64,000 nucleotides of DNA from an uncultured Gammaproteobacteria bacterium (GCA_964403585.1 CAYOFQ010000002.1:5667-69666), one strand, 5' to 3'. Positions 26,752 to 36,910 are shown, counted from the stretch's first letter. Notes: generated by a model not told the origin, from the sequence alone. A program made the numbers and translations.

Positions 26752-28896
26752 TTACCTACCAAATTTAGCATTCTTTAGTGCTAACGGAACATATTGTTTA
26801 TACTCGTCATTCTGAGGTTGGCCACCGCTGCTTGGAGTAGTAACCATATCCATCAATTGCGCCAATATTCCCAAGGTATAATCAACAACCTCCGCTTGAT
26901 CATAGACTCCCTGATCACCTTTTAACGGCGCATTAGGATTACGTGCATTCGAAAAATCTGGTGCTCGAACCGAACCATTCTCAGGGTACGTCATCGCATC
27001 ACCTTGCCCATTCTTAATTCGACCTCGCCCCCATAGACGAAGCAACACTTCATCCATAACACTTTTATTAATTGCCTGATGATCTAATGCCAATAAATGC
27101 CCCAATTCGTGCATTAAGGAGTGAAAAGTTTCCATACAACTCCGAGTTACAACCAAAATACCGTATGGACGCATCGCATCTGCCGAGTCAAACCCCTTAG
27201 CCATAATATAACTATTTCCGCACGATGCGTTATCCTCAACCACAATAACAATAATATCTGCACCCAACTCTTTTCGTTTACGCTGCACATTTTCATCTTG
27301 TTGTACTTTATCGCGAATTTGCTGCAATGATTCCTTTGTTTCATCAAAACTAAGCGTACCTGGACGATCTACTGCGCCGAGTGAATGAACACGACCATTA
27401 ATTCCGTCACGGGCAAAGCCCTCGTTAATTTCAGCAGTAGCAATATTAAAACCACCCAAAAAACCCGGATGCGTTGCTGATACCTTAGCACTTGGAATAA
27501 CAGCCCACTGAATTATACGATCATTAGTTACACCAAACTCAGGATTAAAGGAAGTATCCACTCCCTGAGGAACAGATTGAACCTGCGGAGATCCGGAAGC
27601 TGGAGGAATATCTGCATCAATTTCAGGTTCCAGTTGTCGTGGTGGACGCTCTTCAACAGCAACAACATCTGTTTGGCCGGGGACACCTTCCAAAATGTAG
27701 GTAGTGCCATCTGCAGCCACAACTTTTCCTGCATTAATCGAACCGTCGGGATTAGTATCAATGTAGGCCGCCGTGCCTTCAACACCATTGACAGTACCCG
27801 TTAATATACCGGTACCTGTTAATGCAGCAGTTGAGGTTAAAGGTTCCGAGATTCGGGTACGCAACTCTTCCCCAAATGGATTTATTGCTACAGTACCATC
27901 CTTAAGAGCATTTTCATCGACTTGCACAATAGCTCTCCGTGTTGCTGCAGAACTAAGTGGAGGCAAAGCTCGACTCACAGTATTTAATACATCACCCGAA
28001 ACATCTTGGAACAGCGGCGGATATACATAATCCAACTGCTTATTAACCGCAAAAACTCCTGCAACTATAGACAGTACTAAGGTTGCAGAAATGATAGGTA
28101 TTGTCCACGATCGAATCTTCTCTCTAATTCTATTGGACTCATCAGATTCAAAAACAGCATGCTCAAATGCATAACGCAAATAGACACGCTCCTTAAAGTC
28201 CTCCTCTGATTCACCCGGCATGCGCTGTATGTACTCTGGCTCAGTTAAGTTCCCTCGTCCTTTTTTATTTTTTGACGCATTAGACCAAGACTCTTTAACT
28301 AAAGCAGCAACTATATCTCGAGAATCCTTTGGCTCAAGCAATCTCCCTTCTTTTACAGCTTTAATTTCATTCTTAGAATACTTAAGTCGAGTCTTTCCAT
28401 CTAATTTAATTCGCTCTTCATCCTGTTCAAGGAAATCTTCTTCAACAAAAGAAAACAGTTCTAATGCCATACGTTTTCTTATCTCTTGTAACATGAAACG
28501 CTCTTCATCTTTTAAAGTCTGGGTACTGTGTCCATCGACCAATTCGGACCGAACTTCGGGATCCAGTGCTACTGCTGGTCGAGAAACATTATCGATCCAA
28601 CCCGCCAGCGCGACATAAGATTCAACTACTTCCTTAAAGCTAGATAGCTTCTCCTCAGCGAATAAATCTATTTCAAATCTACCGAAGTTATTAAGTACAA
28701 AACCGGAGTCAGTTACCTGTACAAACATACCAACTCGATCTAATATTTGAGAAATACTTTCTTGATTATCTATGTGTGAATTCCGTTCAACATAGTTACG
28801 ACCTACCCGGTCCACATACTCAAGTGTACGCGTCCCAAGATGCTTCGCTGATTCGGCTATACGGTGAGGTACTCCTCCACTATTTTCGACAGACAT
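26752..28896 (-). CDS. Membrane-anchored zinc metalloprotease, metzincin-like (HELGHLLALDH)
   Basis: The track ORF runs to 28995. The likely start is MSVENSGG at 28896, with TATAAT 9 nt upstream. About 300-aa cytoplasmic N-domain, TM IPIISATLVLSIVAGVFAV, and an extracellular domain with HExxHxxAxxH plus a downstream SVMD Met-turn candidate. Confidence 0.7.
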   Translation of the reverse strand: MSVENSGGVPHRIAESAKHLGTRTLEYVDRVGRNYVERNSHIDNQESISQILDRVGMFVQVTDSGFVLNNFGRFEIDLFAEEKLSSFKEVVESYVALAGWIDNVSRPAVALDPEVRSELVDGHSTQTLKDEERFMLQEIRKRMALELFSFVEEDFLEQDEERIKLDGKTRLKYSKNEIKAVKEGRLLEPKDSRDIVAALVKESWSNASKNKKGRGNLTEPEYIQRMPGESEEDFKERVYLRYAFEHAVFESDESNRIREKIRSWTIPIISATLVLSIVAGVFAVNKQLDYVYPPLFQDVSGDVLNTVSRALPPLSSAATRRAIVQVDENALKDGTVAINPFGEELRTRISEPLTSTAALTGTGILTGTVNGVEGTAAYIDTNPDGSINAGKVVAADGTTYILEGVPGQTDVVAVEERPPRQLEPEIDADIPPASGSPQVQSVPQGVDTSFNPEFGVTNDRIIQWAVIPSAKVSATHPGFLGGFNIATAEINEGFARDGINGRVHSLGAVDRPGTLSFDETKESLQQIRDKVQQDENVQRKRKELGADIIVIVVEDNASCGNSYIMAKGFDSADAMRPYGILVVTRSCMETFHSLMHELGHLLALDHQAINKSVMDEVLLRLWGRGRIKNGQGDAMTYPENGSVRAPDFSNARNPNAPLKGDQGVYDQAEVVDYTLGILAQLMDMVTTPSSGGQPQNDEYKQYVPLALKNAKFGR

Positions 28897-29159
28897 AGGC
28901 CGGTGAATTATAACATTTACTATAAGATAAGTAAATGATCTACATATAACCTGACGAAAAAGAGATATTAATCGGACAAAGGGTTGACAATTCACTAAAT
29001 GTATAGTAGAGTTTATAGGTCATAATACCCTAACTCAAGGGCCGCTTCACTACTGCTGCTCCAGCCTTAACAAGGCGAATCAGCAATTTTGGTAATACCC
29101 GAATAAAATACGAAACTAATAAATCCGAAGTGAAGACAGGAAAACGCCTTTTGATAAGA

Positions 29160-29676
29160 CCTATAGTGTTGACTATTATGACAAAATGTGGTATTATGAT
29201 GCTACCTTAAATGAGCTTAGGCTCAAAATGAGTTAAAAAGCGCTTTTAAGGTAAGTACATTTACAAGAGAGCAATAGCAAAAGTCTACAGTAGTCTGGAT
29301 GCCTACGGTACCGGTTTACCCGCCCCGTTAAGCAATATCCTCCCGCCTGTAGCATTCCGATACTAAACAATTCCCTTCACTACCTACGAACAGTGGAATT
29401 CTGCGAATAAGTAATCTTGTTCCCGGGATTCCACTGCTCAGTAGGAAAAATAGTGAAAGGAGGATGTTCCTACAACGACCACGTACGTCGTGAGCAGTTT
29501 ACATAGCAGGCTGGTCAAGTCCTATCGACATGGGAATGTCCAATCCGACAAGGTAGAGTGTGGCAAGTATCCACATCTATCAGCGTTGGTGCGGAATATA
29601 CCATGAAAGCAGGAGGAGATCTTCTGTCCGCCCGTCGTATCTCATATCGGCCGATAGAACTGAAGGATGTGCAACC
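29160..29676 (+). promoter_or_regulatory. Promoter-leader module copy L3 (CCTATAGTG-TTGACT-N17-TGgTATTAT, about 470-nt leader)
   Basis: -35 at 29169-29174 and extended -10 at 29189-29197. The leader has AAAAGCGCUUUU, the CATTTACAAGAGAGC box (~29245-29260), a 9-bp inverted repeat CAGTGGAAT/ATTCCACTG (29392-29440) and RBS GAAGGA. Confidence 0.5.
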
Positions 29677-30939
29677 ATGCGTAACAAACGCAACAACCGT
29701 AACCCTTTGCGGAACCCGTGGTTCCGCCGGACGAGCATCGCGATTCTCGTCGCGTTGGCGCTCGCCAACACCTTTCAGTGGGTGACTCTGGCGTCAGCTG
29801 CCGGGCACTTTAACTTTGAGGTGATCCGCAGGGATGAGAAGGGCTGGGAAGTTCGCGTCACCAACCCCGGGTGCCCCGAGGGTTGGAACTACAAGACGAA
29901 GAACTTGAGCGGCTCGTGGGAAGACGGGGATAACGGGGAAACAGCGCGCGCCTGGTGCGAGCGTGAAGTTCCCGATCCCAAGGATCCGACCAAGACCATC
30001 AAGGAGAAGTGCTGGGAGAGTTCGAAGTGGGTGGATAACCCCAACACGAAATCGCCCACGCGCGACCCCAACGTGCCCACCCGGACGCCGCGCCCCACGG
30101 TCGACTGCCCGCTCTGCACCGAAACGCCGACGGAGGAGGAGAAGACCGCCACGCCGACCGAGGAGGAGAAGACCGCCACGCCGACCGAGGTGGAAAAAAC
30201 CACCACGGCCACACCTCCCGGCGGCGGCGACACGGCTACCCCCCAGCGTACGGCGACCAGCACTTCCACAAGCACAAGCAACACGGCCACGCCGACCCGC
30301 CGCCCGCCCGGTGGTGGTGACAACCCGACCGCAACGACCATCGTGACGACCTACCTAGACGCCCGCGTCCTCGCGGCTTGCCGCGCGGATACCGGCCTGG
30401 GGGCTGACGTCGACCTCTATGTGTCGCCCAACCTGGCGAAAGCCTATAACCTCGGCGACAGCGTCAGCATCTACGCCCAGTACAGCGGCGGCACCGAGAT
30501 CGTGGTCGTGACGAAAGTTGGCTCAACGGACGACGGCTCGATCCACTACCGCGGTACGCTGCAGAGCGCGCGCAACGAGGTTCACTTCCTCAGCGTGGAG
30601 TTCGACAAGGTGTACAGCGTCAATGTCATCCCGTTCTGCATCACCGCCAGCACCGCCACCGTCGGCACCAGCGCCACCAAGACCCGCACGCCGGTCATTC
30701 CCCGCCAGGAAGGCTCAATCACACCCAACGCCGGCTTCGCAGCCGACGTTGACATGGCAGCGCTCCTGGCCGAAAACCCCACGATCGGGATGGTCGCCGT
30801 GAACGTGTTCGATCCCGAACACGCCTACGACCTGGCCTACCTGGCCGGAGCATTGATCAGCGCGCTGCTGGCAATCCTCCTCACCTGGTACGACCGCCAG
30901 CTCGCCGCCGCCAAGCCCCGCCGCCGCGTGACCGCCTAG
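29677..30939 (+). CDS. Secreted Thr/Pro-rich repeat protein with C-terminal hydrophobic anchor (GC-rich, about 62% GC)
   Basis: The track ORF starts at 29560. The likely start is MRNKRNNRNPLRNPWFRRTSIAILVALALA (signal/anchor). It contains TPTEEEKTA repeats. The C-terminus is a TM segment plus KPRRRVTA. Confidence 0.6.
   Translation: MRNKRNNRNPLRNPWFRRTSIAILVALALANTFQWVTLASAAGHFNFEVIRRDEKGWEVRVTNPGCPEGWNYKTKNLSGSWEDGDNGETARAWCEREVPDPKDPTKTIKEKCWESSKWVDNPNTKSPTRDPNVPTRTPRPTVDCPLCTETPTEEEKTATPTEEEKTATPTEVEKTTTATPPGGGDTATPQRTATSTSTSTSNTATPTRRPPGGGDNPTATTIVTTYLDARVLAACRADTGLGADVDLYVSPNLAKAYNLGDSVSIYAQYSGGTEIVVVTKVGSTDDGSIHYRGTLQSARNEVHFLSVEFDKVYSVNVIPFCITASTATVGTSATKTRTPVIPRQEGSITPNAGFAADVDMAALLAENPTIGMVAVNVFDPEHAYDLAYLAGALISALLAILLTWYDRQLAAAKPRRRVTA
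30124..30205 (+). repeat. Tandem 27-bp coding repeat x3 (ACGCCGACCGAGGAGGAGAAGACCGCC) encoding TPTEEEKTA
   Basis: Direct tandem copies read in the sequence; the third copy is diverged. Confidence 0.7.
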
Positions 30940-31243
30940 TATCGGAAACCACTCACATCGGACGTCGTAAGATTTCCATAGCCGCAAGGTGATGTGAGTG
31001 TTATCCTGGCTTCCAGCCGAGTAAAACTGATGCCGTCTTCGAGACGTCATAAAGATACTCGGCTGGGACCAGGCGCTAGAAGCAATAGTAGAGAGGAATT
31101 CCTCAAGTCGATTGGGGTAATCCCAAACTTCTTGACCTTCTCGCACCGCTATTGCTCTCTGTTTCCGCTTGATTTTAAGTTCAAGAATTTGAAGTCAGAC
31201 AGAAACAAATTAAAAGTAAATGTGTTAAAATAAAGTTACTATA

Positions 31244-33103
31244 ATGAATATAGAAACAATGGATATAAATCACCATAACGACATCTATTTCAATAATAAC
31301 CTCAATATCCCCGGCGAATCACTGCAAGGCCGTGGAGTTATCGTGCCTGACCGAAAAGCCGACCCACTACCTAAGGATGAAAAAACACGCGCCATCGAAG
31401 AAGAAAGCCGTACCCGTATTGACAGCATCTTAGACAGAGCTGACGATTTAACTGCAGCCAAGGACTATTACCAATTCGGTAAACGCAAAGGCCAGGTTCG
31501 TTCAGCTCGCTTGAATATGCAAGGAAGACAAGCAATCTCAGGTAAAGATGGGTATACCGAAAAACTAAAAGGCACCTCAATTGATGCAATCTTTCAAGAT
31601 TACAGATACTTGAACGAACGTTTAACTGGCGAACTTAATGACGAAAATTCAGAAATTGAGATCGAATACACTGTTGAAGAAAGAGCCATCATGCGCTCAA
31701 TGCGTGAAGCTGCTTATCTCCAATTGCAGTATCGGGTGCAGGACATCTTGAAAAAGCAATCACCTGAAATGCATGACGCGTGGCTGCAAAATATGTACAG
31801 CCTCTCACACGACGCCCAGGGCAACAAAGTTGATCACATTTCAATGAGAGAAATTTATCTCGATGAAGCACGAGCATTTATTAAAGCGGGAATCGACGTT
31901 AATACCGTTAAACCAATCGAGATCGCACCACGAGAAGAAAAAACTAAATGGCAAAAAGCAGCAAATTTCTTAATGCAAAAAGCTAATGGTTTTATGCGTA
32001 TAGCAGGATTGTTATCACCGGCAACAGCTATTATCCCTCCTGCAGAATACACTCCCCCAATAACCAGTTCAATAGTTGTTGATCGACCAACTCCACCAAG
32101 TCCAATCACCAAGGATAATCCAACTCGCGGTTTGAATTACTTCAATGCCCAACCACAAGCCACCGAAGCTCCTGCAGCACCGGAAAATTTCACGACCAGC
32201 AGTATTGGTAAAAATAGAGCCGAACCGTCTCCAACACCTGAGGTCGTACCAACAACCCTTGCCACCCCCGAGCCGGTTATTACAAGAACCGAACCGACAG
32301 CCAAAACAGAAACACTACCTCCTCAGGAACCATTCACTATTGGCAGAGGCACAGATAAATTAAGATTAATGGAGGTTGGAAATGAGCAAACCGCACCACA
32401 AATACGCTGCGAAATTCCTGCACTTGACGTCCGTTTCGGATTTAAGCCACGACTCTGGGATCCAGAAGAAATACCAAACCCGCTGAATCAGGAGTATAAC
32501 GCCGTAGCTCAACTATCAGTCAATGGAGATATGCTAACAGATTTCCATGACCAATTCTATCCGATGAAGGCCGATCCGGCAGATACAAAACATAATCCTC
32601 CGTGGCCGAAAGACGTAGCTACGTTCCAGAAATTTCAACAGGAACATGACGAAAAAGATATAATCTGGTGGGAAGCCGAACAAACCTGGTTAATAGCCAA
32701 TAACGGTGAATGGCTACGAAGAGTATTCGACGGAGAAACATCCAAGAAACCGTTAAAAACGGTACAAGAAATTGAAGATACCATTGCACAAACCAACGGC
32801 ACACGCTTCACATGCGAACAAACCATAGACGGCAAGAAAGTAGTAAGAACAGGTACCATAAAAACATTCCACTTGGATGAAGATGCCACAACCGATTATT
32901 ATGCCGATAAGTCGCGCCTTCTTGAACTAATTAAAGCTAAATATGGGAATGGCGCAGTACCTGAAAGCAGCTGGAATAATTTATATGCCACCTATTGTGG
33001 CTTACGACCTAAAGACGCACCTGAAGCCACTAAGGCTAATGAAAGATTACCTTGGTCAGCCTGGATGTACGCAACCGTCTTTATGTTTGACGATCAAGCA
33101 TAA
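31244..33103 (+). CDS. Hypothetical protein (619 aa) with central Pro/Thr-rich linker
   Basis: Long ORF with normal (AT-rich) composition and no recognised domain. Confidence 0.5.
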   Translation: MNIETMDINHHNDIYFNNNLNIPGESLQGRGVIVPDRKADPLPKDEKTRAIEEESRTRIDSILDRADDLTAAKDYYQFGKRKGQVRSARLNMQGRQAISGKDGYTEKLKGTSIDAIFQDYRYLNERLTGELNDENSEIEIEYTVEERAIMRSMREAAYLQLQYRVQDILKKQSPEMHDAWLQNMYSLSHDAQGNKVDHISMREIYLDEARAFIKAGIDVNTVKPIEIAPREEKTKWQKAANFLMQKANGFMRIAGLLSPATAIIPPAEYTPPITSSIVVDRPTPPSPITKDNPTRGLNYFNAQPQATEAPAAPENFTTSSIGKNRAEPSPTPEVVPTTLATPEPVITRTEPTAKTETLPPQEPFTIGRGTDKLRLMEVGNEQTAPQIRCEIPALDVRFGFKPRLWDPEEIPNPLNQEYNAVAQLSVNGDMLTDFHDQFYPMKADPADTKHNPPWPKDVATFQKFQQEHDEKDIIWWEAEQTWLIANNGEWLRRVFDGETSKKPLKTVQEIEDTIAQTNGTRFTCEQTIDGKKVVRTGTIKTFHLDEDATTDYYADKSRLLELIKAKYGNGAVPESSWNNLYATYCGLRPKDAPEATKANERLPWSAWMYATVFMFDDQA

Positions 33104-33121
33104 TTCCTTATTCTATTTGAG

Positions 33122-33208
33122 CGGAGAGGGAGGGATTCGAACCCTCGATACCCTTGCGAGTATATTGTCTTTCCAGGACAACGCACTAGTCCACTATGCG
33201 ACCTCTCC
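33122..33208 (-). tRNA. tRNA-Ser(GGA)
   Basis: GGAGAGG acceptor, anticodon arm UUGUC-CUGGAAA-GACAA, long variable arm UAUAC...GUAUC, T-arm GAGGGUUCGAAUCCCUC, discriminator G. Confidence 0.85.
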
Positions 33209-33342
33209 TTAAAATAACTGGGTTGTATCAATAACTATCTGCTTTGATACAAGCCAGGTATTTTAACTGTGGGGTCGTCCTGTAAGGGCGACCTCTCCAA
33301 ACATGCTCCTTATTCTAACACAGATTCAACTGAAAATCTCAC

Positions 33343-33825
33343 CTAGTACAACTTTCGCTCATAAGTAATAACCGGCGTTGTGGAAATAAAAACTTCCGGT
33401 ACACCCTCTTGCCCTAAATTCTCCCCCACCCGCCGTACTCCGTCTATCGTGTGGTCTACAATCCGTCGAGCGACATATTTACTTGTCTGCCACGGATGAG
33501 CATCAAAACAACATGCTAACTCGTAAGCTCTATGTACCAATCGCCCGGTCTTACTCTCGGCGTTTTTACCATAGAAAGCAGTCATACCCCAGGTAAACGC
33601 TGCGCCACCAACATTAATTGCCATTGCCCCTATAGTCGCTGTCCTGGCATCAACCAGATTAAGTGCTGCAGCACCCGCCCAAACCGCATTTTGACCATAT
33701 CCGACTAAACGGACAGGGACATGTGCTGCAAAAAGTATTTTACGCTCATGGCGTTGAAGAAATCCTGCAACCCGTTCTTTTACAGGAGTAAGGAGGTCTA
33801 AATTGTCACGATACTGCTCTAACAT
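33343..33825 (-). CDS. Hypothetical protein
   Basis: 160-aa ORF, no recognised domain. Confidence 0.4.
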   Translation of the reverse strand: MLEQYRDNLDLLTPVKERVAGFLQRHERKILFAAHVPVRLVGYGQNAVWAGAAALNLVDARTATIGAMAINVGGAAFTWGMTAFYGKNAESKTGRLVHRAYELACCFDAHPWQTSKYVARRIVDHTIDGVRRVGENLGQEGVPEVFISTTPVITYERKLY

Positions 33826-33925
33826 AAGGGTAAATTATACCATCCCGGAAAACAAATACGAAGTTCGACAATCCTGACAAAATTGTCATGGACTCCGTTC
33901 CGCATACACATAACAATAGCAGCAT

Positions 33926-36397
33926 ATGCACCAACTCTTCAAACCCCGCATTATAATCTATTGTGTTCTTTTTGCTTCAATGTTGACCATGCCAACACTG
34001 ATTCACCAACCACCGACCGCTGATGCCCACGTCATCAAGTACCCGATTATCCTAATCCCCGGCTTTGCCGGGACTACCCTGAGTACCTCCGACCTGGGTA
34101 CGGTATACGAAGGTGACGACGGGCACGGCGGTATATTTGAACACCACTACCTCGCCAATGAGCAAGTTTGGATTAATACATCCGAAGCAGCCAACCCGGG
34201 TGAAGACGATTATTTTGACGCGCTAAAGATGAAGCCTGACGGCCAAACGCCAGAATCTAATCTATATCCCCGGTTTCCCGTACCAGAAGTCTACCAACCC
34301 ACACTCGAATACTTCCGAACCAAAGGCTATCGTGACGGGAGAGACCTTTTTACTTTTGCCTACGATTGGCGCAGAGATATACGTATAAACAATGACCAGC
34401 TCGACGACCTCATCACCTATGCCAAACAAAGAACCGGACTACCGAAAGTTAATATAATAGCTCATTCCATGGGAGGACTGTTAATTAGACACTATATTAC
34501 CGACGCAACCAAAGCACAAAACATCTTCCGCGCAGTGACACTTGGCACACCGTATCTTGGTTCTCCCGAATTTCTCAAGTGGATGGGCTATGGAGGGTGC
34601 CTGACCAATCTCAACACAGGAGCTCCGTGTATTGGCATACCCGCTTCGGAAACCAAAGATATCGTCCAAAATTTCATTTCCGGCTACCAACTACTTCCTT
34701 CTCAAAAATATTATGATTTTTACGACGGGCACGACGCACAACATCCACGACCGTTTAAAGACACACGAGATATAGATACAAATGGAATCACTGGCGAACT
34801 AAGCTATCTCCAAGTAAAGGAATTATTAACAAACACTGGATATAATACCGCTCTTTTTACACCTGCCGAAGAACTGCATCAGCAAATAGATACAACTCTC
34901 CCAGTAATACTTGGTGGACAATTAACACTCATCGTAGGATCAGGTCAGGCAACTATTGGGCAAATTGAAGAACGTAATGTAGTGAACGTAGGGAATATTG
35001 CAATCAATAAACGCGACATTCACATGATCAACGGCGACGGCTCGGTACCACTTTTTAGCGCATCATTAGACGACAGCACCAACGGTCACCTGCTAACCGG
35101 GAATGCCCAAGTATTTTACACTAAACAAAACCACAATCAACTCCCTCAGGACAGTAATACCTTGGGATTGATTAATCATATATTTACGGGCAATCCCGGA
35201 GACACATACACCAATCCCGCTATTACGACACAACCGTTCCCACTCAATGGATGGTTAGTCTCAGTACATTCTCCGGTAACGCTGGACTTATATGATGAAA
35301 ATGGACTACTCACCGGAACCTCAAGCACAAACATAGAAACTGCTATTCCAAACACGTATTACGACACGGTAGACGACACTAAATATATTTGGGTAGATAA
35401 CATTTCCAACTACTACCTAAAATTCAAAGCCACAAGCGCAGGATCATTTGACCTAAAAATTCGTGAATACAACAACAATCAAATAGTCCAAGCCATCTTA
35501 TATAAAGATATTCCACTAACACAAAACACCATTGTTCAAAGTAGACTTAATACAGATAATTTCATGATACCCATACTGCAGATAGATGCCGACGGCGACG
35601 GAACATGGGAGAGTCTCGTTGATCCGACCGAAACCACTCATGAACACATTGACAACCTCCCACCCACCACTCAGATCACCGTTTCCGGCGAGCAAGGGAA
35701 TCAAGGTTGGTATAAAGACACTGCAACCATCCAATTAGCCGCTGAAGACAACCAAGGAGGCTCAGGAGGGGTAAAAATACACTACTCGGTGAATCAGGAA
35801 CCGATGAAGCAGTACAGCACTCCTTTTCAAATTTCCTCAGAGGGAGTCTCTACTTTAACCTACTATTCCGAAGATCAGGTCGGCAATACAGAAACGCTGA
35901 AAGAGCAACAAATAAAAATCGATCGTACCGCACCTGAAGTACAGGTGATGTTTATCAGCAATCAACTGGTCACGGAAATTGTAGGTAAAGACAATCTAAC
36001 CCCTGTGTCTACAGTGAAAAATACTGACCAAGTAGTAGTAACCGACGAGGCAGGTAATACCACCTCCATAAAACATCAAGCTAAAATAAACAAAGATCAA
36101 ACTAAAATCGAATTAACCACCATCTCATATAATGGCCAAGTATTCTCCCTGACTCCTAATCGATACGAATCCACGTATGAGACACAAAGCGGTACCGATC
36201 CCCTCAAGGAACTAGAACAAAAAATCAGTATTAAAGGTGAAGAAAAACTAACCGCACACTACTCTCAAAAGAAATACAAGACAGTTATTAAAGATAAAAA
36301 CCGCCAAGACAAAAAACAAAGCTATGAGGTGGAAGGCCTACAAACTATTATTCTCGGCACCAATAAAGGAGTAGTTTATACTAGTCTAAACATATGA
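33926..36397 (+). CDS. Secreted alpha/beta-hydrolase lipase/acyltransferase (LCAT/PGAP1-like) with C-terminal Ig-like (chitobiase C-terminal-like) domains
   Basis: 823 aa. Signal peptide, PIILIPGFAGT oxyanion region, nucleophile elbow AHSMGG (GxSxG), and C-terminal repeats TTQITVSGEQGNQGWYKD...VKIHYSVNQEP. Confidence 0.7.
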   Translation: MHQLFKPRIIIYCVLFASMLTMPTLIHQPPTADAHVIKYPIILIPGFAGTTLSTSDLGTVYEGDDGHGGIFEHHYLANEQVWINTSEAANPGEDDYFDALKMKPDGQTPESNLYPRFPVPEVYQPTLEYFRTKGYRDGRDLFTFAYDWRRDIRINNDQLDDLITYAKQRTGLPKVNIIAHSMGGLLIRHYITDATKAQNIFRAVTLGTPYLGSPEFLKWMGYGGCLTNLNTGAPCIGIPASETKDIVQNFISGYQLLPSQKYYDFYDGHDAQHPRPFKDTRDIDTNGITGELSYLQVKELLTNTGYNTALFTPAEELHQQIDTTLPVILGGQLTLIVGSGQATIGQIEERNVVNVGNIAINKRDIHMINGDGSVPLFSASLDDSTNGHLLTGNAQVFYTKQNHNQLPQDSNTLGLINHIFTGNPGDTYTNPAITTQPFPLNGWLVSVHSPVTLDLYDENGLLTGTSSTNIETAIPNTYYDTVDDTKYIWVDNISNYYLKFKATSAGSFDLKIREYNNNQIVQAILYKDIPLTQNTIVQSRLNTDNFMIPILQIDADGDGTWESLVDPTETTHEHIDNLPPTTQITVSGEQGNQGWYKDTATIQLAAEDNQGGSGGVKIHYSVNQEPMKQYSTPFQISSEGVSTLTYYSEDQVGNTETLKEQQIKIDRTAPEVQVMFISNQLVTEIVGKDNLTPVSTVKNTDQVVVTDEAGNTTSIKHQAKINKDQTKIELTTISYNGQVFSLTPNRYESTYETQSGTDPLKELEQKISIKGEEKLTAHYSQKKYKTVIKDKNRQDKKQSYEVEGLQTIILGTNKGVVYTSLNI

Positions 36398-36651
36398 AAG
36401 TTACCAAGCATCTTCCAATTGTATTCGCAAGTATTGTAATCTGGCTCTTTTCACTTGTAACTCAAGCATACATAGATATGGCGGTATTTAAACACGCACC
36501 GGTCTTCCCTGCTCCCACATGTTCAGGAACCGGCTACCCTATTGCCTTGTGCAGCAGCAACGGCACCATAACCATTATCGTATGCCTTTTAAATATTACT
36601 CTTATTTTTGGAATACTTTCCCTTATTCGGTGGATCTATAATACGAAATAA
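36394..36651 (+). CDS. Small membrane protein (85 aa)
   Basis: ATGA overlap with the upstream gene. Two hydrophobic helices. Confidence 0.4.
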   Translation: MKVTKHLPIVFASIVIWLFSLVTQAYIDMAVFKHAPVFPAPTCSGTGYPIALCSSNGTITIIVCLLNITLIFGILSLIRWIYNTK

Positions 36652-36654
36652 CAG

Positions 36655-36738
36655 CGGAGAGGGTGGGATTCGAACCCACGAGGCTCATCACCTAGACGTG
36701 TTCGAGACGTCCGCACTCGGCCACTATGCGACCTCTCC
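36655..36738 (-). tRNA. tRNA-Ser(CGA)
   Basis: GGAGAGG acceptor, anticodon arm GACGU-CUCGAAC-ACGUC, long variable arm, T-arm GUGGGUUCGAAUCCCAC. The 3' half is identical to tRNA-Ser(UGA) at 41983. Confidence 0.85.
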
Positions 36739-36837
36739 TTAATATATCTTGTTCATACCTACTGGAGCCTGATAGGCATGAACAAGATATATTATCGTGA
36801 GCGTCGTCCTGTAGGGACGACCTCTAGCCCATTCTAG

Positions 36838-36910
36838 TGCACTCGACAGGAGTCGAACCTGTAACCGTCAGCTCCGCAAGCTGATGCTCTATCCATTAAG
36901 CTACGAGTGC
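36838..36910 (-). tRNA. tRNA-Arg (anticodon read as GCG)
   Basis: GCACUCG acceptor, D-arm GCUUAAUGGAUAGAGC, anticodon arm UCAGC-UUGCGGA-GCUGA, T-arm ACAGGUUCGACUCCUGU, discriminator A. The GCG anticodon assignment is tentative. Confidence 0.65.

Noticed and set aside
23905-29676. Known riboswitch classes (c-di-GMP, TPP, SAM, Mg) in the long cassette leaders
   Set aside because: I could not find the conserved cores of any riboswitch class I can recall. The leaders are reported as an unclassified family instead.
29560-30802. Multiple overlapping ORFs on both strands (29580-29771, 29889-30341, 29963-30346, 29999-30214, 30518-30802, 30582-30782)
   Set aside because: They are artefacts of high GC and low stop-codon density inside the 29677-30939 gene. 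Only the frame with a signal peptide, repeats and a C-terminal anchor is coherent.
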